Source: Acidobacteriota bacterium
GTDB taxonomy: Bacteria > Acidobacteriota > Terriglobia > Bryobacterales > Bryobacteraceae
Length of the DNA: 64,000 nt
Direction: 5' to 3'
NCBI GenBank assembly: GCA_021787555.1
Contig: JAJYLS010000001.1
Span: forward strand, 27,967 to 91,966
A model generated the notes under the pieces. It saw only the letters and a program-made list of their open reading frames with translations, was not told the DNA's origin and did no database searches. The position numbers were made by a program, and so were the translations under genes. Positions 53,862 through 63,322 of the stretch are shown here, in pieces (within the stretch, counting starts at the first letter, position 1; each line of letters starts with the position of its first letter).

Positions 53862-56041
53862 ATAGCCTGCGGGAGCGCCAGAGCGGTATCCAATGCGATC
53901 TCCACCGGCGCCTGACGGCGCGCGGATTCGAGCATGGCCAGGCAGCCGATGGTAGCGCGCGCCCCATCCCGCGCGGTTACGGCGGGCGGGCGGCCGCGGC
54001 GGATGGCTTCAACGAAATCCTGCATTTGCGCCGCGTAACCCTTCTCGGGCCAGATCGCGGAGCGCGAGCGCCGCGTTCCAGCGCGAATGCTCAGGCGCTT
54101 GAAGTTTTCGGTGGTAACACCCAGTCCGGGCGCGAAGATATCCACGCGCTCGCCCCCCGAGGTGCGGCTCCCGACTGTGCAATACGTCAAATTGCCGATC
54201 GAACCGTCGGCAAAATGGAAGCTGGCCGCCAAATTGTTTTCGCCGGCGGGGTCCTGCTGGCCGGCCGGCAACGACCAGGCCGCGACGCAGATTGGCTCGG
54301 AATCGAGCAGCCAGTACATCAGGTCAACAAAGTGGCAGGCCTCGCCCAAGATCGCGCCCCCGATGGCGGGGTCCGCCATCCAGTACGCCCCTGAAATGCC
54401 CGGCGAATTCACTACGCAATTGATGACCGCCGGACCGGCCCGCCGCGTCAATTGCTTCTTGGCGCCGGCATAGAACGGCGCAAAACGCCGGTTGAATCCC
54501 ACCGTGAAGCAGCGGCCGGTTTCCGCCTCGGCGGCGCACAGCTCGCGGCATTCCGGCGCGGTGAGCGCCATCGGCTTTTCGACGAACACGTGCTTGCCCG
54601 CGCGCAGCGCGTCCAGAGCCTGTGCCGCATGATGCTGGTTGCGGCTGGCGATCACCACGAAATCGATCTCCGGATCGCGCAGCAACTCGGCGTAATCGGA
54701 CGTGCAGTATTGAGCGCCAAAGCGCAAACCGTAGCTTTTGCCCCGGGCGCCGCTCAGCGAATGCACAGCCCGCAGGCGGACGCCAGCCATCTTTTTCAAA
54801 TTAGGAAGATGGTGCCACTTCGCGATATTGCCGGCGCCCACGAGCGCAGCCTGAAGATGGGCGCCGTCCGCGCGCACGGGAGCGGTGATGTCCACCTTGC
54901 GCTTGGGCGCGAAAGCTGCCGCGTCACCCTCTTCCGCGGCCGGATACCGCAAGAGCACCGCCAGGCTGCGCGAAGCTGGTTCGAGAATGGTCTGATAGGC
55001 CCGTGCCGCTTCTTCCAGCGGGAACCGGTGGGTGATGAGCGGCTGAAGCTGGACAGCCCCGGCACTTACGAGCCGCAGGAACTCGCCCATATTGCGGTTC
55101 TCGGTCCAGCGCACATAGGCAACAGGATAGTCCCGGCCCTGTTTCTCATAGGCCGGATCATAGCTGCCAGGCCCATAAGCCCGCGCCATGAAGAGCTGGA
55201 TTTCCTTGAGATACATCTCGCTCCAGGGAAACTCCAGTCCGACCGCGCCGACCACGACGATCCTGCCGCGGTCCCGACAGATCTCCAGGGCCAAACGGGC
55301 CGGCGCCGCGGATTTGGCCGCCGCAGCCACGATGACGCAATCGGCCCCGCGCCCTCCGGTGACGGCTTGTATCTGGTCGCGGATCGAGCCGCCCGCGAAC
55401 CCATAATTGGCCCCAAGTTTTTGAGCCAGCTCGGTACGTTCCGGCTTGAGATCGATGGCAGCCAGGACGCCACCCTGGAGTTTGACCAGTTGCGCCACGA
55501 GCTGCCCCACCAAACCCAAGCCAATGACCGCGACGACGTCACCCAGCCCGGCGCCGGATATACGGGCGGCATTCATGGCGATGCTGCCCAGCGTAGCGAA
55601 GCAGGCGTGCTCGAATCCGATGTTATCGGGTACGGGGACAACCAGGTTGCGCCCCGTCACGATGCTCTCTCCGTGGCCGGTGCCTTCACCGCCGTAAGCC
55701 ACGCGAGCGCCAAGTTCCAAGTCCAGGACGGTCTCGTGCTTCGCTGCCACCACGCCCGCTCCGGAGTAACCCAGCACGGCATATTCGCTAAACTTGGCGC
55801 GCACTTCTGTAAGCGTACGCAGCGGTCCCATGGTCTGGGAGGCGAGCCATATCTTCTGCAGGTGCGAGGGATTGTCGGCGAGTTCCTTAAGGACGCCTTC
55901 CTGATGGATACTGGCCGTCTCTGTGCCGGCGCTGATAAGCGAATACCGTGGCCGAACAAGCACGTGGTGCGAGCTGAGGGCCGGATCCGGTACTTCGTCG
56001 ACAATAATCTCTTTCAGACCGCGCCGAATGACCTGTTTCAT
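53858..56041 (-). CDS. Bi-domain oxidoreductase: N-terminal MDR/zinc-type alcohol dehydrogenase fused to C-terminal Gfo/Idh/MocA oxidoreductase
   Basis: The start is at M57 of the track ORF (MKQVIRRGLKEIIVDEVPDP...SLISAGTE). The MDR Rossmann motif is VAVIGLGLVGQL. The second half reads LQAALVGAGNIAKWHHLP...GKHVFVEKPMAL...VGFNRRFAP (Gfo/Idh/MocA). Confidence 0.85.
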   Translation of the reverse strand: MKQVIRRGLKEIIVDEVPDPALSSHHVLVRPRYSLISAGTETASIHQEGVLKELADNPSHLQKIWLASQTMGPLRTLTEVRAKFSEYAVLGYSGAGVVAAKHETVLDLELGARVAYGGEGTGHGESIVTGRNLVVPVPDNIGFEHACFATLGSIAMNAARISGAGLGDVVAVIGLGLVGQLVAQLVKLQGGVLAAIDLKPERTELAQKLGANYGFAGGSIRDQIQAVTGGRGADCVIVAAAAKSAAPARLALEICRDRGRIVVVGAVGLEFPWSEMYLKEIQLFMARAYGPGSYDPAYEKQGRDYPVAYVRWTENRNMGEFLRLVSAGAVQLQPLITHRFPLEEAARAYQTILEPASRSLAVLLRYPAAEEGDAAAFAPKRKVDITAPVRADGAHLQAALVGAGNIAKWHHLPNLKKMAGVRLRAVHSLSGARGKSYGLRFGAQYCTSDYAELLRDPEIDFVVIASRNQHHAAQALDALRAGKHVFVEKPMALTAPECRELCAAEAETGRCFTVGFNRRFAPFYAGAKKQLTRRAGPAVINCVVNSPGISGAYWMADPAIGGAILGEACHFVDLMYWLLDSEPICVAAWSLPAGQQDPAGENNLAASFHFADGSIGNLTYCTVGSRTSGGERVDIFAPGLGVTTENFKRLSIRAGTRRSRSAIWPEKGYAAQMQDFVEAIRRGRPPAVTARDGARATIGCLAMLESARRQAPVEIALDTALALPQAI

Positions 56042-56194
56042 AACGAAGCTGCGAAGACAGGGGCCGCACGCCGAAGGACCCCCAATCTGTTCAGTATAGC
56101 CGGGCTCTTGAAGCGCGCGCTCAGCAACAGTGGCCGGCGATTCGACACAGTTGATTACCGAGCGTACTAGTACGATCGAACGAACGCGTTGATG

Positions 56195-56200
56195 TATAAT
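56195..56200 (+). promoter_or_regulatory. Candidate -10 box (TATAAT) in a divergent intergenic region
   Basis: A perfect TATAAT lies 25 nt upstream of ATG 56225, in the 183-bp gap between divergent genes. No good -35 was found. Confidence 0.25.
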
Positions 56201-56224
56201 TAATCGCAATTGCAGCGCATCCTA

Positions 56225-57637
56225 ATGGCACCCGGACTCAAGGCACCCGCGCTCAGTGATACAGCAAATCCAGTCCAAAAACTGGGAATGATATTTTTGC
56301 TGCCGTTGCTCTTTGCGGGTAACAGCCGGATTTTCGATTTTGCATTTGCTTCGCTCCACGTACCCGGAATTCTGTTCGCGCTGGTGGCGATTCTGGTGTC
56401 CGCCAGCACTCAGGTGGGAAAGGTCTTGAGCGATCGGCGAATCGGAAGGTACATGGCGCTGTTCACGGTATGGACTTTTGCAACCGTGCCGTTTTCCGCC
56501 TGGCGCGGAGGGGCGCTGCATGATGCAACGCAAATTTGGCCGAGAGCACTGTTAACATTTTTGGCGCTGAGCTGCCTGCCGGCGTCCCTGCCAAGCATCC
56601 GGCGGGCGATTTACACGTGGGGATTCGCCGTCTTCGTGCTGGCCGTATTAGCGAAAAAGTATGGCGATTTCAGCATGGGGCGGCTGGCGTTGCCGCAGGG
56701 GGAGTTCGAGAATCCAAACGATCTGGGGATGGCCCTGTTGATGGGCTTCCCGTACCTGATTTTTGTCGCCATGGAGGCCGGCATCTGCTTACGGCTGGCG
56801 GCGCTCGGAGGACTAATACCTGTTTTTTGGGCGCTGTTGCAGACGGGGTCGCGTGGCGCGCTGCTCGCGCTGGGAGTCGTGACGGCTTTTCTGTTTCTGC
56901 GGTGCTCCCCTGCGGGTAGAATTCTGGTGGTTGCCGGCTTTGCGGCGGTATTGGCCGCGGCCGTGGTCGTTTTGCCGCACAGGACTATAGTACGGTACAC
57001 AATACTATTCAAAGCCGGCACGGACGCCGAGCAACTCCAGGCTGACGATCCGAACGAGATGAGAGATGTGAAAGGCGAAGAGGCGACGGTAGCATCGTCC
57101 AACGCGAGATACGATCTTTTGATTGCGAGCCTCAAGATGACATTGCAACACCCTATCGTGGGTGTGGGCATCGGCCAGTTTATGGCGGCCAGGCACGTAG
57201 GATCGGAAAACCTCCCGTATAAGATTTCGTGGCAGCCGACCCACAACACGTATACGCAGATATCGAGCGAAACGGGGCTGGTGGGATTTTTCTTTTACAT
57301 GGCGGCTTTTGTCGGCTGTTTCCGGCTGGGGCGGCAACTCGAGCGGTTCGCGAAGGCGCAGATCCATCCGCAATGGCGAACGATCTCGCGGATGGCTTTT
57401 TGTTTGCGGACCTCACTGGTTAGTTTCGCCGTGACAAGCTTCTTTGCGAGCGTCGGCTACTCGGGCATGTTCCAGACGATTGCGGGCCTGATGCTGGCGC
57501 TGGCATACGCATGCGAGCCTTATTTCAGCCAATGGCAGGAGCAGCAGAAACAGTTCAAGGCGACGGTCTCCGGCCCGATGCTCCGGCCGGGCGAGGCTGC
57601 GGCGCCGGTGCGCCTGCCGGCCCGGCGGTTCGCATAG
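56225..57637 (+). CDS. O-antigen ligase/Wzy-like polymerase family membrane protein, paralogue B
   Basis: QTGSRGALLALGVVTAFLF and YKISWQPTHNTYTQISSETGLVGFFFYM. It is collinear with 41788..43131, including the shared PQGEFENPNDL block. I chose ATG 56225; the track uses a TTG at 56210. Confidence 0.8.
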   Translation: MAPGLKAPALSDTANPVQKLGMIFLLPLLFAGNSRIFDFAFASLHVPGILFALVAILVSASTQVGKVLSDRRIGRYMALFTVWTFATVPFSAWRGGALHDATQIWPRALLTFLALSCLPASLPSIRRAIYTWGFAVFVLAVLAKKYGDFSMGRLALPQGEFENPNDLGMALLMGFPYLIFVAMEAGICLRLAALGGLIPVFWALLQTGSRGALLALGVVTAFLFLRCSPAGRILVVAGFAAVLAAAVVVLPHRTIVRYTILFKAGTDAEQLQADDPNEMRDVKGEEATVASSNARYDLLIASLKMTLQHPIVGVGIGQFMAARHVGSENLPYKISWQPTHNTYTQISSETGLVGFFFYMAAFVGCFRLGRQLERFAKAQIHPQWRTISRMAFCLRTSLVSFAVTSFFASVGYSGMFQTIAGLMLALAYACEPYFSQWQEQQKQFKATVSGPMLRPGEAAAPVRLPARRFA

Positions 57638-57646
57638 CCGCGTGCG

Positions 57647-58687
57647 ATGATTGAACTCACCGCACCGGAAGAACTGGCGGCGATCCAGGATTTTTTGCTC
57701 CAGGCTTACCAGGTGAAGCCCGGCGCAGCATTCGTTGAAGCGGCGCTTCTCCACTGGAAATATTTCGAGCCGCGGCCGGACTGGGATGGCCCGCGGAGTT
57801 ATGCTCTCAGGCAACACGGCACGATCGTGGCGCACGGATGCGTGGTGCCGTCGCAATTCCGCGGCGGCTCGCGGGAGGTGCGCGGAATCCGGGTGATCGA
57901 CTGGGCGGGCGACCGGCGCTTTCCCGGCGGCGGCGTTCTCATGATGCGCGAGTTCAACCAATGGGGCGACATCGTCATGGCCGTGGGAGGGTCGCCGGAT
58001 ACCTTGCGGGTGCTACCCAAGGTGGGATTCGAACATCGCGGGAATTCAGCAGTATATGCGCGAGTGGTCCGCCCGTGGCGGCAGTTTCGGACGGATCCCT
58101 TTCCGCGTGGCTGGAAAGCGCCTCTGCGCCTGGCGCGCAATGTAATGTGGGCTACTTCGTCGCGCAGCGCGACGGTGGCTGGGGGGTGGTCGCTCCAAAG
58201 GGTGGAACGGTTCGATCATTCCGTGACGCCTGTTCTGGAGTACGTGCCTCCGGAAACCGGGCAGCCAGTGCGCAGCCCGGACCTGCTGAACTACATGCTG
58301 CGCTGCCCGACGGTAGCCATGCGGGGCTTTTTGATCCTGGAGAAGGCAGCCGTTCGCGGCTATTGCCTGATCTGCCAGGTGGGCGGGCAGGCGCGCCTCG
58401 CGGAATTGCGGCTGGCCTGTAACGATGCGGAGGCGTGGCGGACGGGTTATTCCCTCGCGGCGCGGGCGGCCGCGGCCGATCCGGCGACCTGCGAGATTCT
58501 GGCGGTTACTGCCATCGAAGCCGCGGCCCGGGCGCTGGAAGCCAACGGATTCCGCTTCCGGCGAAACGACCCGATCCTGATTCGCGATCCGAGGGGACGA
58601 CTGGAAGGGATGCCGCCCCTGAATATCAACATGCTGGAAGGAGACGAAGCATATGTTTTTAACGCGGATTATCCTTACGAGACCTAG
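57647..58687 (+). CDS. GNAT/FemAB-like acyltransferase-fold protein
   Basis: 346 aa, located 10 nt after the ligase-like gene. Size and layout are similar to 47271..48380. No diagnostic motif was read with certainty. Confidence 0.5.
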   Translation: MIELTAPEELAAIQDFLLQAYQVKPGAAFVEAALLHWKYFEPRPDWDGPRSYALRQHGTIVAHGCVVPSQFRGGSREVRGIRVIDWAGDRRFPGGGVLMMREFNQWGDIVMAVGGSPDTLRVLPKVGFEHRGNSAVYARVVRPWRQFRTDPFPRGWKAPLRLARNVMWATSSRSATVAGGWSLQRVERFDHSVTPVLEYVPPETGQPVRSPDLLNYMLRCPTVAMRGFLILEKAAVRGYCLICQVGGQARLAELRLACNDAEAWRTGYSLAARAAAADPATCEILAVTAIEAAARALEANGFRFRRNDPILIRDPRGRLEGMPPLNINMLEGDEAYVFNADYPYET

Positions 58688-58906
58688 GCTAAGGCTAGGC
58701 TCCTTTCGGGCTATATAGCGCTGGCGGAAGTTCATCGGAGCCGGGCGGTGCCGGTCGTTCTACTGATGCTCACATAATACCGTGACAAGGCTCTTTGGGC
58801 CCCCCAGACCGCTCCGTTACACTCGCGGCTCCGAATCGGGTTGCCAGCGACACAGGCCAAGCTTAGTAAGAGCGGCCCGCAGTGGCCCATGGAACCCAAT
58901 CCGGCA

Positions 58907-59077
58907 TCAATCCAGTATGACGTTCAATCCCGCTCCGTCGGGGATTACTTCTCTGAGGCGGGCGGCATCGAGCGGAAGCGGCTTTCCGCTGCTCACCTTT
59001 CGCGCTGAGTATCCGCATTCGACGAGCAGGCCGATCAGATCGTCGAAGGAGTAGCCCTCCTCGCTCCGTGTGGCCAT
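58907..59077 (-). CDS. Possible small ORF (56 aa), function unknown
   Basis: My own translation gives MATRSEEGYSFDDLIGLLVECGYSARKVSSGKPLPLDAARLREVIPDGAGLNVILD. It starts 7 nt after the stop of the upstream co-oriented gene and is too short for the ORF track. It resembles the C-terminal tail of FkbM-type methyltransferases, so it may be a gene remnant. Confidence 0.3.
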   Translation of the reverse strand: MATRSEEGYSFDDLIGLLVECGYSARKVSSGKPLPLDAARLREVIPDGAGLNVILD

Positions 59078-59083
59078 TCCGTT

Positions 59084-60556
59084 TCAGCATGGGTTGCATC
59101 GGCGTAAGAAAGCGGAGGTAATGGCGGTCCCCGCCAAGACTGTATAGTAGCCGTCGAGAACAAAACGATAGCGGTTGTTTTCAAACGTCGAAAGAGAATT
59201 CGAGACGGCGGTGGCAAAAAGGATGGTGAACAGCATGAAGGCCAGCACGGCACGTTCCTCCCGCTTCCATCGAATCCTGAAGCGCGAGAGGGCCAGTTGT
59301 GCAAGCGCCCAAAGCACCAGGGCCGGCAGGACGACAATCAGAAATGTTCCGGTATAAAGCGGCAAGGCGAGCGCGCCCCCTGAGGCCCTGAGCGTCCGGA
59401 GGTCCTTTCGGCTACTCGCCTGGCGGAACTGGCCGAAGAACACGACGTTGTAAAAGCGCTCGAAAGTGTGGATGCGAAGGCGGGCATCGTCAAACGAGTG
59501 CATATCGCTGGTGGGCAGGAAATATGCAAACCACGCGATCAGAACCGAGCGGGCATAAGCGATGGGATAGTGCCGCCAGATGGCTTCCGAATTCTTCAGG
59601 TACAGGTCGTGCAACTTGAGATAAGCGAGATTGTTGAAATTGGGATGCCCGGTCGACGTTTCGGCCTGATCCAGAACGGGGATGCCGGTCCTCGGCGGGA
59701 TCTCTACATAAGCGGAATATGAGTCTAAGCCACTAAATGGAGGAATCTTGGCAAGGGGGGTTACAACCCCGGCGCGAATCAGGCGGTCCGCCTCGTCCGG
59801 TGTGAGCTGAAACGTGGTCGTAACCCCCGTGGCCATACCGGCCCAGGTGCTGGCTGTAAAGGCGTGAAACAGGACCCAATTCTTGATATAGAGGGCCAGG
59901 ATGAGCGCGATCACCGGAAGCGATCCGATCCAAACCGCCCGCCGGGCACGAGGATAGGCGGCAATCATCGCGCCTGCGAGGACGAGGACGTAGATCAGAT
60001 GGAACTGGTTGCGAATCATGACCAGCGCCAGGATCACGGCGAAGAATTCAACGGAGCGGCGGGCGCAGGGCGCCTGGCAAAAACGGAACAGGGCGATGGC
60101 CGCGACCAGCAACAACAAAAGGATGGGGTACTCATAGATGGCGAGGTTCTCATAGAGGACGCAGCCGGGGTTGACGATGAAGAGGATGGCCAGCGCGGCG
60201 GAGAGCCCCTCGGGAACATGGAAAAGCCGCATCAAGTGCAAAAGCGAGTAGGCGATGAGCACACCCATCAGCAAGTAAATCGCCTGGAGCACCACCGTAT
60301 AGGACGAGGGGAAAAGCTTCACGACGATCCCGACCGCCAGGTTGAACCCAGGCGGCTGCATGTGAAGGTAGTAAAGACTCTCGAGGAGGCGGTGTTGCAT
60401 GAGGACCGGATCGATGTACTGCCAGTAACCGCGAACGGGAGAGGAATCGAAGCGGACTCCGGCGAAGTAGTAAGCCACTCGCGAAAGGACAAACGCCGCG
60501 AACAACCAGAGATCCGCGGCCCCGGGAAAGTGCTTCATATCCGCCCCGCGGCTCAT
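59084..60556 (-). CDS. Polytopic integral membrane protein (possible GT-C-type)
   Basis: 490 aa with more than 10 TM segments. The ATG at 60556 overlaps the stop of the upstream gene (ATGA), which supports this start over M7 (60538). Confidence 0.65.
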   Translation of the reverse strand: MSRGADMKHFPGAADLWLFAAFVLSRVAYYFAGVRFDSSPVRGYWQYIDPVLMQHRLLESLYYLHMQPPGFNLAVGIVVKLFPSSYTVVLQAIYLLMGVLIAYSLLHLMRLFHVPEGLSAALAILFIVNPGCVLYENLAIYEYPILLLLLVAAIALFRFCQAPCARRSVEFFAVILALVMIRNQFHLIYVLVLAGAMIAAYPRARRAVWIGSLPVIALILALYIKNWVLFHAFTASTWAGMATGVTTTFQLTPDEADRLIRAGVVTPLAKIPPFSGLDSYSAYVEIPPRTGIPVLDQAETSTGHPNFNNLAYLKLHDLYLKNSEAIWRHYPIAYARSVLIAWFAYFLPTSDMHSFDDARLRIHTFERFYNVVFFGQFRQASSRKDLRTLRASGGALALPLYTGTFLIVVLPALVLWALAQLALSRFRIRWKREERAVLAFMLFTILFATAVSNSLSTFENNRYRFVLDGYYTVLAGTAITSAFLRRCNPC

Positions 60557-62093
60557 GAGCTCTTCGCCAGGAACATGATCTGGTACCCGAAGAGGCCCGG
60601 CATCAGCCTCGTGAACGCGGCGAGCAACCGGTTAATCAACTTCATTGGGAGGCTCTCCGGGGAAAACCCCAGCACCAATTCCACCGGCACCACGGTGCAG
60701 CGTTCCTGAAGAATGCGATAGCCATTCTCCTCCAAAAGCCGGCGGGCGGTCTTGCGCGTGAAGAAGCGCAGGTGCGTTCGGTCCAGGATTCCACGCTCCT
60801 GATAAGCGAACCGGCCGAACAGCAGCATGCACCGCACCGTGACATTCGCGATATTGGGGAGGGAAACGATCAACCGGCCATCGCTTTGAAGCAGCGTGTG
60901 GCATTCGGCGAGGATCCGCTCGGGAGTGCGCAGGTGCTCGAGGATATCGAGGAGCAACACGCGATCAAACCGCGCTCCACCGAGTTCCCGAATCACATGG
61001 GAGACCCCGCTATCCAGGTCCGCGCTGAAGTATCGCTCGAAAGCTGCGCGATTCGCGGGCTCGGGCAGCAGGTCCACACCGGTCACGCGATTGCCGCTGG
61101 CCTTGAGGGTGGCGGCGAACTCCCCCTCGCCGCACGCGATGTCCAGGACCTCCTGGTTGCTGCCCACCATCGAGCAGGCGTAATCGTGGCTCGAAAAGCG
61201 GCTGCGCTTGATGGGGTAGTGGATGAAATACTCGGCAAATTCCGGGCACCGGGCAACCGAGCGGCAGGTGCGCTTATAACGCCGGATGGCGCGGAACACG
61301 TCCCGCGCGTACCGCATCCCATTGACATAGCAGATCTCAGTGCCGTAGTAAGTCGGGATAGGAACTTCGGAAATGGTGTAGCCCTGATGATGGAGCTTGA
61401 TGATGATTTCCGTATCGAAGTGGAAATCGTCGGTCATGTGGGTGAAATCGATCTTGCGGAGCGCGGCGAGACTATAAGCGCGATAGCCGCTGTGAAACTC
61501 GGTAAGGCGCATATCCAGCGCGGCGTTTTCAAAACGGACAGGATGCGATTGCCGACATACTTGTACAGCGGCATGCCGCCCTTGAGCGGTCCCCCATAGG
61601 CCTTCATCATACGGGAACCGAACACCGCGTCGGCCTCGCCATTCACGATCGGCTTGTAGAGATGCGCCAGGATTTCGGGAGCGTACTGCCCGTCGCCGTG
61701 GAGGAGGATTACTATGTCGAAGCCCTTTTGCAGAAAATAGCGATATCCGGCCTTCTGGTTGCCGCCATAACCCAGATTGCGGGGGTGCCGGAGCACCGTG
61801 AGCTTAGGAAGCTCCCGAAGAGCTTTGATTCCCATGGCCAGTTCGTAAGTTGCATCCTGGCTGGCGTCGTCAAAAACGGCAATCTCCTCGACATTGGCCC
61901 AGACATTGGGAGTGATGCGCTTCAGGACCTTCATCAGGGTCGTGACGGCGTTGTAGGTAACGACGAGAATGCCGATCCGCTTGCCGTGGCAACTCGCGGC
62001 CTGCGAGTCGTCTTGCAAGGCGCTCGCCCGGAATGCAGGTAGAGGCTCAAACGGCAGTGGGCTGGGCAAAGCGTCGCCCGTCTGGACAGCCAT
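60553..62093 (-). pseudogene. GT2 glycosyltransferase fused to a class I SAM methyltransferase, interrupted by a 1-nt frameshift
   Basis: Upstream frame: MAVQTGD...RIGILVVTYNAVTTL...AVFDDASQDAT...LRHPRNLGYGGNQKAGY...ILLHGDGQYAP...YVGNRILSV. The expected continuation FENAALDMRLTEFHSGYRAYS... lies in the next frame and runs on to VLDIACGEGEFAATL...VTGVDL (SAM motif I). The shift is at a homopolymer (plus-strand AAAA 61531-61534, where 5 are expected). Confidence 0.7.
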
Positions 62094-62278
62094 GGTCTTC
62101 AATAGAATATCGGGCCTCAACTGCGAAGTCAAAGCTGACACAAGTTGATAACGGAGACCAGGAGGTGGATTGCGCCAGGCACGGCCTATCGCGGAAGAGT
62201 ACCGGTACGGTACTATGTCGGCAGCCAAAGCCAAAGCAATTCTGTGTCCGGCTGGGAGGGCCACGGCGATCTCTAGAA

Positions 62279-62307
62279 TTGTTAAAGTTTTCACGCAAGG
62301 GTAGAAT
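62279..62307 (+). promoter_or_regulatory. Sigma70-like promoter TTGTTA-N17-TAGAAT, probably giving a leaderless mRNA
   Basis: The -35-like TTGTTA (62279-62284), an exact 17-nt spacer and the -10-like TAGAAT (62302-62307) were read directly. The ATG at 62314 starts only 6 nt after the -10, and there is no SD sequence. Confidence 0.35.
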
Positions 62308-62313
62308 GGCCCT

Positions 62314-63150
62314 ATGCCTTCGCCCCTGCCCGCCCTGATTGCCCGACACACGCCTGCGCCGATCAAACGTTTCGTCCACCATAGTCCGTTTTTCGATCGC
62401 CTCGCCATGCGTGTTTACGGCGGAATGTTACGGCGTTCTTCGGTCACGATCCAGGATGGGCCGCTGCGCGGAATGAAGCTGTCCGCCAGCCGGCATACGT
62501 CTCACGCACATATTCGAGGCACCTACGAGCGCCCCGTCCAGGACGCGATCGAGAAAATGGTCCGGCCAGGCGACATTTGCTACGATTTGGGCGCGAGTAT
62601 CGGGTACATGACGCTGGTAATGGCGCGCAAAGCCCGGCACGTGTACGCCTTCGAGCCTGCTCCCCATGCCGTGGCCGAGCTCGCGCGCCAAATACAGGCC
62701 AACAACTTAAGCAATGTCAGCGTCATCGCCTCTCCCGTCAGCAACGATGTCCGGCAGGTGCCCTTCTGCCTGACCGATGCAGCTTACGGTTCCGCCATTA
62801 ACTACAACGAATCCCGCTGGCCTATCCTTCCTCTCGAGACCATTACCCTCGATGATTTTGCCGCTCGACACCCCGTGCCGGACTTCATAAAGATCGATGT
62901 CGAAGGAGAAGAACACATGGTCCTGGAAGGCGCGCGTGGCATTTTATCCCAGCGGAAGCCATCCATATGCTGCGAAATCCATAGTTCTGAAGCCGCCCGC
63001 GAAGTCCTTGCGATTCTCCGCGCTATCGGCTATAACGTAACGCTACTGAACGGAGCGCCTTTTGAACACCCCTCCGAGGTGATCCCCGGCGAGTTCCACA
63101 TCATAGCCTCTGCTCCCGCCCTGTCCCGGGCTGCCGCTTCGGGTCGATAG
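62314..63150 (+). CDS. FkbM-family methyltransferase
   Basis: ICYDLGASIGYMTLVMA...VYAFEPAP...FIKIDVEGEEHMVLEGA is the FkbM signature. Confidence 0.85.
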   Translation: MPSPLPALIARHTPAPIKRFVHHSPFFDRLAMRVYGGMLRRSSVTIQDGPLRGMKLSASRHTSHAHIRGTYERPVQDAIEKMVRPGDICYDLGASIGYMTLVMARKARHVYAFEPAPHAVAELARQIQANNLSNVSVIASPVSNDVRQVPFCLTDAAYGSAINYNESRWPILPLETITLDDFAARHPVPDFIKIDVEGEEHMVLEGARGILSQRKPSICCEIHSSEAAREVLAILRAIGYNVTLLNGAPFEHPSEVIPGEFHIIASAPALSRAAASGR

Positions 63151-63322
63151 TTCCTTACGGCGCCGCCGCGCCGCCGCCAGCATCGGGGGCGCGGGACACG
63201 TAACATGCTATACTGAGCACTCGCCGAATGGGCAGGCCGGGCGCGAGCGGTGCTCGGCCGCGCCGCGCTGAAAGAAGTTCCAGCTAACTCTAAGGCGCCG
63301 CTTTCCTTCCGGAGCAGCAAAA

